DNA from: Phaeosaccion multiseriatum | Taxonomy: Eukaryota > Protista > Ochrophyta, other classes | DNA length: 64,000 bases | NCBI GenBank assembly: GCA_965112735.1 | Contig: OZ218958.1 | Span: 124,001 to 188,000 of the forward strand | Reading direction: 5' to 3' | Shown: positions 1-11,893 of the stretch, piece by piece | Numbering within the stretch: position 1 is the first letter of the stretch | Layout: each line of letters opens with the position of its first letter | Position numbers and translations under genes: made by a program | Notes under the pieces: generated by a model | Told to the model about the DNA's origin: nothing | Database searches by the model: none | What the model saw: only the letters and a program-made list of their open reading frames with translations

Positions 1-29
1 CTCTACGGCCATCCCTCCCTCCTCGACAG

Positions 30-3000
30 GTGCAGGCACGCCCTCCTTAGGGACGCCCTCTTCACTCAACCCCTCGCCGCCCCCTTCTGCTGCCAAGCAG
101 CCTCCGAACGGGGCAGCACCGGCCTATAGCGCTGTCATGCAGCCAGGCGGGCAGCCAGGCGGGCAGCCAGGCGGGCAGTCAGGCGGGCAGTCAGGCGGCG
201 GAGGAGGAGGCGGCGGGGGAGCGGGGCCTACTGGTGCGACTCGTGCTCTGTCACCAACTCCTGATACTGCTGCTGATGGAACGTCGCCAGCTGTAGCGCA
301 CAAGACGCACCAGCCCAAGCGTGTCACGAAGAGTGAGTGCCGAGTGCTGCCCTCGGGGTGGGGTGTAGTATGTCAATGGGTGGGTCTGTCCGGAGTGACT
401 GGGCTTGCTCAGCGGCTAGGCTTGGCTTGCTCCTCTTCCGGTGCTCGCCGCCCCCCCCCCCCCCCCCCAACCAAAGGCCACAAAGGGGCACCAGGGGGCC
501 AACGAAGAGAGATGAAAGACCAGCGCCTTCTATCAGCGCCTTCTATCACCCCCTTCCCTGCCTCTTCCTCGCCCCTCATCGACTCTTCCCCTGCCCATAC
601 TCCTCCGTCCATTCACCCCTGCTGCTGTGCCCTGTGCCCTGTGCCCTTTGCCCTCTGCTGCCATCCAGACATGTCGGGGCTGGTGTCCATCGGCGGCCAG
701 CACGGCCAGGGCGGCACCCATACGACTCTAGATGCGGCCTCTTTCCTGGGAAGGATCAGCATGAAGCCCAAGACGCGCATGACGGTCAGGTGAGTAAGTC
801 AGTGAAGACAGTCAAGGGCAGTGCTCAGTGCCAGTGCTGTTGATAGCAGTCAAGGGCAGTGCCGAGTGGTAGTGCTGTTGCTCCTCAAGTCTCTTTGTGG
901 TGTGTGGCTGGGCATGAAGCACGGCCCTCTGGACACACCGATACACTGCCCTTCACTGCCTTGCCCTTTCCTTCCCTCCCCGCTGCCCTGCTTGCAGTCC
1001 CTCTGTGAAAGGCCATTGTTGTCTACCCTTCTCCACTGCCCCTCCCCTCCACTCCACTCCCCTCCCCTTCTCTGACACCCTCTCTGGCACCCTCTCTAAG
1101 GCGGCACGGTGCCACACACACAGCACAAGTGCTGTATAGAGTCAGAGGCAAGGCTCTAGTGCTCTCTCTGCCCCACTGACTGACTGCTGTGTCCAATACC
1201 CCTCCCCTGCCATCCACTGCCATCCACTGCCATCCACTGCCATCCCAGGTGGGAGCTGCCCGCTCGGGAGGTGGAGGGCTTCGGCAAGGAGCGCAACAGC
1301 GACCCCGACAAGAGGCAGAACTTGGTAAGTCAGTGAAAGTAGGCAGAACTTGGTAAGTCAGTGAAAGTAGGCAGAACTTGGTAAGTCAGTGAGGGGGTAG
1401 ACAGTGCTTGAGTGAGGGAGTTTGTACGTTGTACATACGTGTGTGTGGCTGTGTGTGTGTGAGTGAGTGTGTGTGTCGCCGGTTTGCTAACACCACATCC
1501 CATTCCACCCCCCCCCTCTCCCCCCGCCTCTGTCCTCCCTCCCTCCCTCCCTCCCTCTCTCCCTCCCTCCCTCCCTCCCTCCCTCCCTCGCTCCCTCCCT
1601 CCCTCCCTCCCGCCCTCCCTCCCTCCCTCCCTCTCTCCCTCTCTCCCTCCCCCCCGCCCTCTGGTGCCATCAGAAAATGGGGCTGTTCCGGCTGGGTCTG
1701 TCCTCCAACCTCAATCCAATCATTGCGAAAGAGCTCAGGGAGGGGGGGCCGCCCAACACAACGAGGGGAGGCAAACAGGGGGCGGGGGGGGAGGTACTGC
1801 TCGACGGGACTCTGACCTTCTTCGCACCCAAGGTATATGGGCAGCCAGGCAGGCATATGGGCATATAGGGATATGGGCCGGCAGAGCGTCTGTGCGTGTT
1901 TCTCTCTATTGCCACTGGCTGTTCAGAATACGCCATTTGTGGTTTAGTGTGGTGTGGCCGTTGCTCATGCCTCGCTCTGGCAATCATTCTGCAACACCCC
2001 GACACCCACACGCTCACCCACACGCTCTGGCTCTCCCTCCTTCCTCAGTCTGTTGGCTCCTTCGCCTTCCGCGTGTTCGACGACAACGCCCCCCTGGAGA
2101 CCATGGCCGCCTCGCCCCCCTGGGACGTGGACGTGTCCCACAGGTGAGAGGTGTCAGGACCTCCAGAAGGTTGATGACCGCATCCCCCACCCAGCCCCTG
2201 GGAGCGCCACCGTTGGAGGTGCCGGCGAAGCCGCGTCTCCCTTTCGATCTCCCTCTGTCGCTCCTCACACCTCGAACGTCTGGCCCCTCTTCCCCTTTTG
2301 GTCTCTCTCGCACCCCCTTCCCTCTCTCCTCTCTTCCCTCGCCCCTCCCCGCTCCCTCCTCCCCCCTCCCATTGACTGCCATCCCAGGGAAGTGGAGGTC
2401 TCTCTCCGCTTCATCCTGACGCAGCTCGACGACCGCGACAAGGGCAATGCAGGGGCCCTGTCACAGTTGGCGCACGTCCTGCACAACTTGGATGCGCTAC
2501 CCAACAGGTACGTAAGGGTACGTAAGGGGAGCGTGTCGATATCGATATCGATTTATGGAGCTTCCTTCCTCCCTTCCTTGCTTCCTTGCTTCCTCCATCT
2601 CTTCCTTCCTTGCTACTTGCTACTTGCTTCCTCCTTCATTCTTTCTCTTTCTCCGTCGCTCTCCCCCGTGCTCGCGCTCTCTCCTGTCTGAATGAATGGC
2701 CCGAACCCCCTTGCCAGATTCGCCGCTTCTGCAGCAGGGCTCATTGGCCGGGCCGTCTCTCTTGCCCACGAAGGCGTCGAACAAAACGCCGCCGAAGTGA
2801 TGGAGCTGCTCCAAGCAGAGAGAGACCCTCTCCTCCCGTCCTCCATCGACCTCACCAACACTCTCGAGGCAAGGGGTAGCAGCCTCGGCAGCGAGCTCAG
2901 GAGTGCGCGGAGTACGCACGGGTCCGTGTACGCGGTGCTGAAGGCGCTGTGTGACAATGAGGTGGCCAGAAACCTCGCGGCAAGGTCCAAGCAGCCCACC

Positions 3001-4528
3001 CCTCCGGGCTTGGTCTCCCCGGGGGGCGACTCCATGTCTACGCTCGCGCTGGTGGCGCACTGGCAGACGCTGTACAGTCGCTTGGACGAGGTGAGGCGCG
3101 GCGGTGCTTGACACTGACTGCTTGACATGAATGAATTCATGTTTTGATTGACGTGGCTTGATTTAGTTTCTTGCACAGCTCTTGCACAGCTCTTGTCTCT
3201 TCATAGGCGGAGGCGTGTTCGAAGAGCAAGCTGACGGGCAGGGCTGATGGGCAGGGCTGACGGGCAGAGTAGGCCTACTCTCTCCGCTCGACCTCCCCTC
3301 TCGACCGCCCCTCTTGGTTGTTCTGTTGTTGAAACTAACCGAAGCAAGCATTCTCTCTCTTCACCCACTCGCCGCTTGCCTCTACCCACCCCCCCACTCA
3401 CCTCTCACCACTCACACCCCCTCCATCCACTGCCATCCACTGCCATCCACTGCCAACCCCCCTTAAGGTGTACTTGCCCACCCAGGATGCTCTGGAGCAA
3501 CACAGCCTCATGGTCACAGGCTTCTCCTGGACGCACATCCTGCAGCCCCTTGCCGCTGTGCCGCCCCTCGTGCTGGACAAGCTGGATGGGCAGGCTCAAG
3601 CGCTTGGGTTCGAGCTGATACCCAATGACGACTTTCATCGGCCTAGGGAGGAAGTGCGCTCGAGGTAAAGGTGTAGAGGCAGAGGGGAGGAGGGGAGGGG
3701 CAGAGGTGTGGCGTTGCTTGGGTTAAGGCCGGCAGGAACGTTGCATTACTCCAGGTCAAGAGGTCCCCCCCCCCCAACGTTCTGTCCGTTATGATGACCC
3801 TCTTCTAATGCCATCCCCTGCCATCCCCTGCCATCCCCCCACCCTAGACTGGAGGCTCTTGTCCTGCGGCACGTCCCTTCTCTCCCCTCGGAAACCTCCC
3901 TGCGCGTGTTTGGGAGCAGCGCCAACGGCTTTGGAGCAGGCAGTGCAGACCTTGACATGTGCCTTAGCATGCCCCCCGGCAAGGTGAGGAGGGAGGAGGG
4001 AGGAGGGTATATGCATGCAGTGATGTCATCGATCCACTTGAGAGGAGGCTGCGAGGAGAGATGGAAGATGGCAGTGATGGCACCCAATGGCAGGGCATTC
4101 AATCACTTACCTCCTCTGTGCATATCTTCTGTCTCCCTCCTTCTCCTCCGAAACTGCACTACCGAAACATCTGCCACCGAAATTGCACTGCTCAGGAGAT
4201 TTCCGACCTGGCAGGGCTGTGCGAGACGTTGGCAAGCGCTCTGGAGGGTCAGGGCATGTTAAACGTCTCCAGCAGGCCCACTGCGCGCATCCCGCTCGTA
4301 CCGTTCCAGGTATGGGGCACACACAGGCACACACACACACACACACACGCACGCACACACACACGAACACACACACGCGCGCACACACGCACACACACAC
4401 GCACACACACACACGCACACACACATGCACACACACACACACACACACACGCACACACACACATCACACACACACACACAACACACACGCACGCACACAC
4501 ACGCACACACACACACATGTAAACACAC

Positions 4529-4593
<65 letters not shown>

Positions 4594-4629
4594 CACACAC
4601 ATCACACACACTCCACACACACATCACAC

Positions 4630-4665
<36 letters not shown>

Positions 4666-6238
4666 GTGGCATACGGGCTTATCCCCACGGATAGGGGTGG
4701 GGTGGGGTTGGGGGTGGCAGCGGATGGCAGTGGATGGCAGTGGATGGCAGTGCCTCGTCTTTACCAAAGGCGTACATCACATGCTTGTACCCGTATGCTT
4801 TTTTTAGTCTTTCCACGGCCGTCTACCGCTTAGTGCACGCACTCACTCCCCACCCACCCACACACGCCCCATATGCCTCTCTGTGCCTTCCTCCTCCTCC
4901 TCCTCCTCCTCCTCCTCCTCCTCCTCCTCCTCCTCCTCCTCCTCCTCCTCCTTCTCCTCCTTCTCCTCCTCCTGCTCCTCCTCCTCCTCCTCCTCCTCCT
5001 CCTCCTCCTGCTCCTCCTCCTTCTCCCTCTCCCCCTCCCTCTCCGCCCCTCCTTCCTCCTCCACCTCCTCCTCCACCTCCTCCTCCCCTTCCCCCCAGGA
5101 CCCGACCACCGGCCTGCAGTGCGACATCTCCGTGCTGAACCCCTTCGCGCTGCTCAACACGGAGCTGCTCAGGACCTATGCAGAAGCGGACGGAGTTCAG
5201 GGGCGTGTGAGGATGCTCGGCTTCCTCGTCAAGCACTGGGCTGCCCGTCGTCATGTCAACAACCCCTCGGAGCACACGTTGTCCTCCTACGGTTACATCC
5301 TGCTGCTCATCCACTTCCTCCAGGTATGGATGGGTACTGTATCCGAGTATCGAGTGTCAGGACAGAGTGTCTGGACAGAAAGGGGGTGGGGGTGAAGTGT
5401 GGGCAGAAAGGGAGGTGCCGAGTATTCTCCACCTCCACCTCTAACACCTCCACCTCTAACACCTCCACCTCTAACACCTCCACCTCTAACACCCCCCCTT
5501 ATCTCTCTCCCCCCTCCCCTCCCCTCCCCTCCCCTCCCCTCCCCTCCCCTCCCCTCCCCTCCCCTCCCGTCCCGTCCCCTCCCCTGCCCTGCCGTGTAGA
5601 CCCGCAACCCGCCCGTGCTGCCCGTGCTGCAAGCTCTGTCTCCGAGCTGGGATGGCGAGTCGGCGGACGAGCGGGGCGGGCAAGCGCGAGTGCCCGAGGA
5701 GATGACGTACAATGCTGCGGATGGGCGCAAGTACAACACTTACTTCTACCGGCCTCGCTCCGAGCAGGCCCGGCAGAGGCTCTCCGCCTTTTGTGCCCGC
5801 AACAGGGAGAGTGTGGGGCAGCTGCTCGCGGGCTTCTTCCGCTACTACGCCTTTGACTTTGACTGGAAGAGAAGTGTGGTGTCCATCCGTTACAGCCAAG
5901 CCCTGCCCAAGGATGCCAAGGCGGAAACCGAGTGCTGGCCGGCGTCGAATGGGGTCACGCGGCTGTCGGTGGAGGACCCGTTCGAGTCCGGCTATGATGT
6001 AGCGCATGTGTTCAAGTGGGGCACGAGCAGGCGAACGCATAGGGAGTTCATGCGGGCGTACTCGCTCATTTCGCAGGCAGCCAGGGAGCAGGCATCGAGG
6101 GAGCAGGCAGAGCTGAGGGGGGGGGCGGTGCAGGGGGCGGTAAGAGGGGTTGAGGCGTTGGACACGCTTCTCACAGATGTCATGGAGGAGGCGGAGGAGC
6201 CCCAGAGCGTCAGGGCAGCGGCAGGAGAGACGGCCTGA
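30..6238 (+). CDS. Cid1/URT1-like non-canonical terminal nucleotidyltransferase (TUTase/ncPAP), spliced, 5' end lies upstream of the window
   Basis: Phase-matched GT-AG exons ~30-332, 669-789, 1249-1324, 1674-1832, 2049-2143, 2388-2507, 2718-3090, 3468-3664, 3848-3983, 4196-4309, 5099-5323, 5600-6238. Pol-beta NTase motifs [45 protein letters not shown]; PAP-associated motif LSVEDPFE. Confidence 0.9.
4322..4662. repeat. Degenerate (CA)n microsatellite in an intron
   Basis: Directly visible. Confidence 0.95.
4889..5095. repeat. (CCT)n microsatellite / polypyrimidine tract in an intron
   Basis: Directly visible, ends at the acceptor before 5099. Confidence 0.9.
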
Positions 6239-6749
6239 TGAGGGAGAGAGGAGAGAGGAGGGGAGAGGCGCAGGACTCTGATGAGGGAGAGAGGAGAGAG
6301 GAGGGGAGAGGGAGAGGCTCAGGACTCTTGCTAGCCCACAACGGGGTTCGCCCTCGCGAGGGGCCTGTGGGTGCCATGAGGTGCCATCGGCGTGTCCGGG
6401 GACGAACGGGAAGGACGAGAAGGACGACTTCGCTTGAGGGGCGCAGAGGGGAGAGGGAACAGGGGAGAGGGGAGAGGGGAGAGGGAAGGGGGGAGAGGGG
6501 AGAGGGGGGAGAAGAGAGGGCGAAGGGGAGAGGACTGAGGACAGAGGAGGAGGCAGTACACCTTCCCCTTCCCTTTCGTATTGAATGGGCCTACCCTTAC
6601 GTATTGTGGAGTGTGGAGTGTGAAGGGGCTTTCCCCAACTTCAATCTCTCTCTCCTAAGTAACGAATAAGCTAATGAAGTGTCAGCCTTGGCTTTGGCTT
6701 TAGGGAGGGGGCTATCATATATTATATTACACAATTGATCAGTAGCGTC

Positions 6750-7135
6750 TTCCTCTGTCCTGACACCTCGTAGGATAACATGACTAATCGGTTCGCCTCC
6801 CTCCTCTGTCCTGACACCTCAGTGCATACAAAAATAGGCCTTCGTAGGCCTTCCTTAAGGCCCCCTTCCCTCCTTCGCTTGTGCTCCACTTGTCAGAGCG
6901 TTCCCTCCTCTGTCCTGACACTTGTGACTTGCTGTGATTACGTGCATCCCCTGACGCCTGACACCTGATACTTGGTCCTGACACCTGATACTTGGTCCTG
7001 ACAACTCATGCTTCGAATGGATGGATCCTATTCCAACCCACCAAACACCCAATACTTGGATTGCGGACACCTCATGCGTTGTCCTGACACCTCATACTTT
7101 GTCCTGACACCTACTCCTGACACCTGATACCTACT
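6750..7135. repeat. Cluster of GTCCTGACACCT-type repeats between convergent genes
   Basis: About 10 degenerate copies of (G)TCCTGACAC(CT); related words at ~2151, ~5355 and ~35213. Confidence 0.75.
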
Positions 7136-7146
7136 GCTCGGATTGC

Positions 7147-8640
7147 TTACAGCTTGTCCACTGCCTCCTGCACGAGTCTCCTCTTGTAGCCCGTGATGGG
7201 CTCTCCCTGGCGCTTGCCTCCCTTGTACAGGTGAAAGGCGGGGATGGTGCTCACACCCTCCGCCGCGCACAGGGCCTCGAGGCCGGGCGCGGTGGTGTCG
7301 ACTGAGGCGAAGGAAATGCTTCCCTTGTGTTTGTCGCTGAGGTCGTTGAGCAAGGGCTGGATCTGAGCGCACTTGCCGCAGTGCGGGGCTCCGTACTTGA
7401 GCACCACCTTGCCACCGGCCCCTATCAGATTGTCAAAGTCCGCCTTGCTGCTAATCTAAGGAGCGGGGGAGGGGAGGGGAGGGGTTGGTGAGAGAGGTAG
7501 GTAAGGGAACTTTGCGTCACAGAAAGAGCAGTCATGATGATGGGTGCTCCCCACACGCTGTAAACAAAGTCAAGCAAGGCAAGCATGTCAACCCAGAAAC
7601 CCAGGCAGGCAAAGCCCCCGGCCTACCTTGAGCATGTTGTCGCCAAACTCGTCCTCATCATCCCCCTCGGACAAGGCGCCGAAGTACTCCATAGACCCGT
7701 CTGGGTCTGCCTTGAGCGTGACATCCCCGGGCTGCCAGTTGGCAGGGCACACTTCGCCATGCTCGGCCACAAACTGATGCGCCTCGATGAGTCGTAGAGA
7801 CTCGTCCACGCTCCTCCCCACGCCAAGCGCGTTGATGGACATCTGCTCTAGCTCTCCCATGGGGTTGATGATGAAGTGACCGCGGTGAGCAATGCCGAGC
7901 TCCTTGCAGAGCACTCCGTAGTCGGCGGAGATGTCCTTCTTTGTGTCGGACAGGAGCGGGGCGTTCATGCGGCCCAGACCACCCTTCTTCCTCGGGTGCT
8001 TGTTCCAGGCAAGGTTGGTCTCCTCCTTGTCGGTGGACATTAAGAGGAGCTGCGTGTTGAGGGCGGAGAATTCCTTGTGACGGTCCGAGTAGGCGATTAG
8101 CTCCGATGGACATACGTAAGTCCATGACGCCGGGTAAAACAGGAGGAGCACCCACTTCCCCTTGTAGTCCGCCAGGCTCACGTCCACGATCTCCCCGTTG
8201 ACAACGCCCTTACACGTGAACTCGGGGGCCTGTGTGCGGAGGGGAAGGACAAAGGGAGGGACAAAGGGACAGGGTCAGAGAGAGAGCGGGAAGCGAGAGA
8301 GAACAAGAGCGGGGGGGGGGGCGGGGAGAGAGCGGGAGGGATAGCACAAGAGAAGGATCTCCCTCTTCAACAGAGAGAGGGAAGGAAGGATAGAACAAGA
8401 AAAGGATTTCTTCTCTCTCACCGGGTGCATGAGCTCCGCCACAGGGTCGCTGTACGTGACCGTGCCGAGGCGTGGCGGGGTCGTGTGCAAGCAAGCCGCT
8501 GCTGGGACCGGGGAAGAGTAAGCCGCGTGGGATGTGGGCAAGGTTGGTGCTGCTCCCGCCGCCGCCGCTGCTGACGGGATTCTGAGCCCTCCATGCTGCT
8601 GCTGCACCCTCCTGGCAGTGCGCACGACGTGGCGAAGCAT
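7147..8640 (-). CDS. 2-Cys peroxiredoxin (AhpC/Prx1 family) fused to a C-terminal thioredoxin domain, with a probable mitochondrial presequence
   Basis: Exons 8640-8422, 8229-7627, 7455-7147 (all phase 0). Motifs FYPASWTYVCPSE (peroxidatic Cys), GRSVDE, GEVCPANW (resolving Cys), acidic linker, then YGAPHCGKC...VSTIPAF (Trx fold). Arg/Ala/Ser-rich N-terminus. Confidence 0.92.
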
Positions 8641-8867
8641 AGTGTGTGCGGCTAGTAGTAAAGAATCAGAGAGGAGGGGAAGGAAGAGAGGAAGGAGGGA
8701 AAAAAGGAGGACTGAAGGCTGAAAGGGAGAGAAAATCACAGGCTGGCACGAGCGAAGCACCAGCGCCCCCGGGTGGTGATTCCTATTAAGTCAATAGAAT
8801 ATATTTACCCCCCCCGGGTCGCGCCGCTTTGAAGTCGATTGAAGATGTCAAAGATATATTATGCACG

Positions 8868-10741
8868 ATGGTTAAGGGGAAGGGGAAGAAGGAGAAGCCG
8901 CGCAAAACCAGGGAACCAAAAGACGCCGAGAACGCAAGACTACAGAGGCATAGGAAGACCTGCTCGAAATGTAAGAAGAGAAAGACGGTTGCGTACAAGC
9001 AAGAGTGTTGGAAGTGCTTGCACCGAACCGAACCGAATCGACGCGCGCGCTCTGCCCAGGGCGGACGGCTGAGGGATGCCCCCACCATAACCAAGTGGTG
9101 AGGGAGGGGTTGTGCGGACGGTGCAGCGGTGTCCGCCGGTCTCGGGGCGTCTGTACACGCGAAGGGTGTGAGTCCGAACGAGAAATCGGACAGCTGTGCC
9201 ACAAGCACTCGCAAGTCGGGAAGCGATGCGCGAAGCCCGATTGCGGGGGATCGAGGCACCTGAAATCCCATCTTTGTTTTGAGCACCTGGAGGAAGAAAG
9301 GGGCTCGTGCGTGGCTCCGCACTGCAAGCAAGGTCGCGGACGTGCCGTTACGCTGGGCTCCGTTGGCGCTACGCATGTGGGGGCTTCTGCCACTGCTGGG
9401 AGGAGCCGAGGGGGTGCCACCGACAGCGGCACTGCCTCTCGGTCACCAGTCAAGTCTGGACCTGCTACTGCAGCTGTATCACCAAATGGTGGGGGAGCTG
9501 CGAGCCTGGATGGTGGAGACGGGAATGCGCCGCGTAGAGGCACTCTAAAGAGACCCACTTTGGGGGCGACATCGACATTAGTGAAAAGTAAAGGTTCTTC
9601 CTCGGAGAGAGGTGGAGCAGCACCAGCAGACATGGGGCGAAAGCGAGAAGGGTCGAGAAGAGTTAGCAACGGTAGTAGCAGCAGCGCCAAGAGGGGCTTG
9701 GGGGAAGGCTTCTCGGCGCTAAGAAAGGGTTCAGGAGCAGCAGTACCACCACCACCACCACCACCACCACGAACATCACCACCAGCAGCAGCAGGAGCAG
9801 CAGCAGCAGGAGGAGGAGCATCAGCAGCATCGCCAGCGTCGTCCAAATCAGGAGCAAGGGCGGAATTGTTATCGTCGTCGAAGAAGGCCATCAAAGATGG
9901 CAGCAGACGGAGACCGGGAATGGAGGCCTTTCGCCAAGGAGCGGGGGACACCGGGGGCAGGCTCGGTGTGGCTGCAGCAGTTGGTGCTTCAGCGGGAGGA
10001 GGAGGCGACGCGAGAAGGGGCGGAACAAGGAAGGCCGTTCCGGTGAAGGCAGGCCCCATGACTGGGGCGATGTCGCGCACCTCATCTCGCTCTGCGGCTG
10101 TAACTGCGGCTGTAACTGCCACTGCTACTGCCGCTGCTGCTGCTGTATCCCCCCCTGTCGACGAGGATGCGATGAATCGTGACGAGGGGCGAGGGACGGA
10201 CCAACCCCAACCGATGGAACATGCCGTCAAGGAAGCAGAGCAAGCGCAGCAGTTGGTGCTACAGCAGGAGCGGGAGCGAGAGGAGGCCCGACACGCCCGG
10301 TTGCTGAGCCGCTTCGCCGAGACGCAGGAGATGGCACTGCAGCAGGCAGCTTTACTTCTCGACATGTGGTCCCAACAGCAAGAGGCGATACAGCAGGAGG
10401 CAGAGGAGGAGGAGGAGGAGGAGGAGGAGGAGGACAAGGAGGGGGAGGGGGGGCGGGAGAAGGACAGACTTGCGGCAGCGGGGGGAGAGAGGGAGGTGTC
10501 GCCAAGTACGAGTAGTGCGAGGGATCGGAAGCGGAGCCTATCGACAACCTCGTCCTCCTCCTCTGCTGCGGCTGCTGCTACTGCTGCTGCGACTGTTGGT
10601 GTGCGGTCGTCGACTTCTGTGCGCACTCACCGACGTGGAGTGAAATCCTCAACAGCAGGAGCAGCAGGAGCAGCAGGAGCAGGAGGAGGCTCGTCGAGTC
10701 GAGGGCTTAGGGGGGGCAGTGGACAGATGAAGTGGAGGTGA
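8868..10741 (+). pseudogene. Frameshifted WRKY19-like Cys/His zinc-finger gene joined to an unrelated low-complexity tail
   Basis: The ATG at 8868 opens CSKC..CWKC, then the frame shifts at the repeated CCGAA unit (~9023-9038) to CTREGC..CHKH and CAKPDC..CFEH. Homology to the paralog at 28838-29493 ends at ~9340. Confidence 0.6.
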
Positions 10742-11615
10742 TATGATCAGCCCTCCTTGAGAGGGGGTGTTGTGTCTGTCCTCTGTTTCCTGTTTCTCAC
10801 ACGCACGCACACGCACACGCACACACACGTCAGTATGTGTTCAATTCGCTTCCGTCACTGCGGCTGCTTGCTTGACTCCCCAAGAGTGTGGGTAGACGTT
10901 CGGTTGCGCACTTTGGTGCAGCGATGATAAAACAAAACAAAACACCCTTGGAGAGATAGCTTGGGTGTTGACGGTATTTCTCTCTCTCTCTCTCTCAAGC
11001 CACGCACCGACGAGGTCGATGGGGTCCCACTTGGTCCCCTACCATAGCATCCATAGCATTACATCGGCTTGACCTTGCTTAGCTTGACCCGTGAGCGCCG
11101 GACCAGCGACTGTCAAGAGACCAGGCAAAACCGGAAGTGGGAGAGGAGCCTGCATCTTCACGGCCTCCTCATCCAGAGTCACAGATGGCCATCTCCGAGG
11201 GACTGGAGGGGAAGAACGAGCGTCTTGCCCCTCAAACACACACGCACATACGTAATTCTTGGGTTGATTCCTATAATCAATCCCCTGTGGCCGAAGAAGG
11301 GTTGCGGCTGTAGTATACGTTGAATGGAGGTCTTTCACTCGCGGCAGCCCTGCTGAGCCGAGGGGGCCTGTCTCACACCATAACACATATTCGCACCAGA
11401 TGCAAGTAACAGAGTAACAGATGGTGGGGCTCCATCACCAACTTTGGCAAAGCAAGGGCGGGTAGCGAACCCCCCACAACAGGACTCGAAGGCACGCATG
11501 AAGACTTGAAAGAGACGAAACGAATGTCAAAATGTGCATGTATTTTGTAGGGGAGGACAAATTCTCCCCGGGCTTTAGGGGAGGTTCTCCCCGGGCGAAG
11601 CCCGGGGAGAATTTG

Positions 11616-11771
11616 TGTTGAGATAAATCGATGTCGACACTAGATATCGATCTCATATCGCTGGTACAAGTCCGTTCACTTCTTCTTCTTTTAGTGTTAT
11701 GTAGCTAATAAGACGCTTTCCCACACTCGTGCAAGTACGACACCAGTCTCCAGGAGGGAGATATCCCAACA
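11616..11771 (+). repeat. 5' LTR (156 bp)
   Basis: TGTTG...CAACA ends; matches 15543-15698. Confidence 0.95.
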
Positions 11772-11893
11772 CGACAATTGTCGGTTGAAAGCTAATGCGC
11801 ATTAGTGCAGCGGTGGACGTAAAGTACGGGATGAGTACGGGAAGTTGAAACGGTCGGAGTAGACTTTAGCACTGGTGCGTCTGCCACGCTGCA

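Noticed and set aside
3207-3260. Extra small exon in the nucleotidyltransferase gene
   Set aside because: An acceptor-like TCATAG is present but no convincing donor precedes the stop; exons ending at 3090 and starting at 3468 join in phase without it
8872-10626. 584-aa minus-strand ORF
   Set aside because: Antisense of GC-rich low-complexity sequence; the Cys/His motifs are on the plus strand
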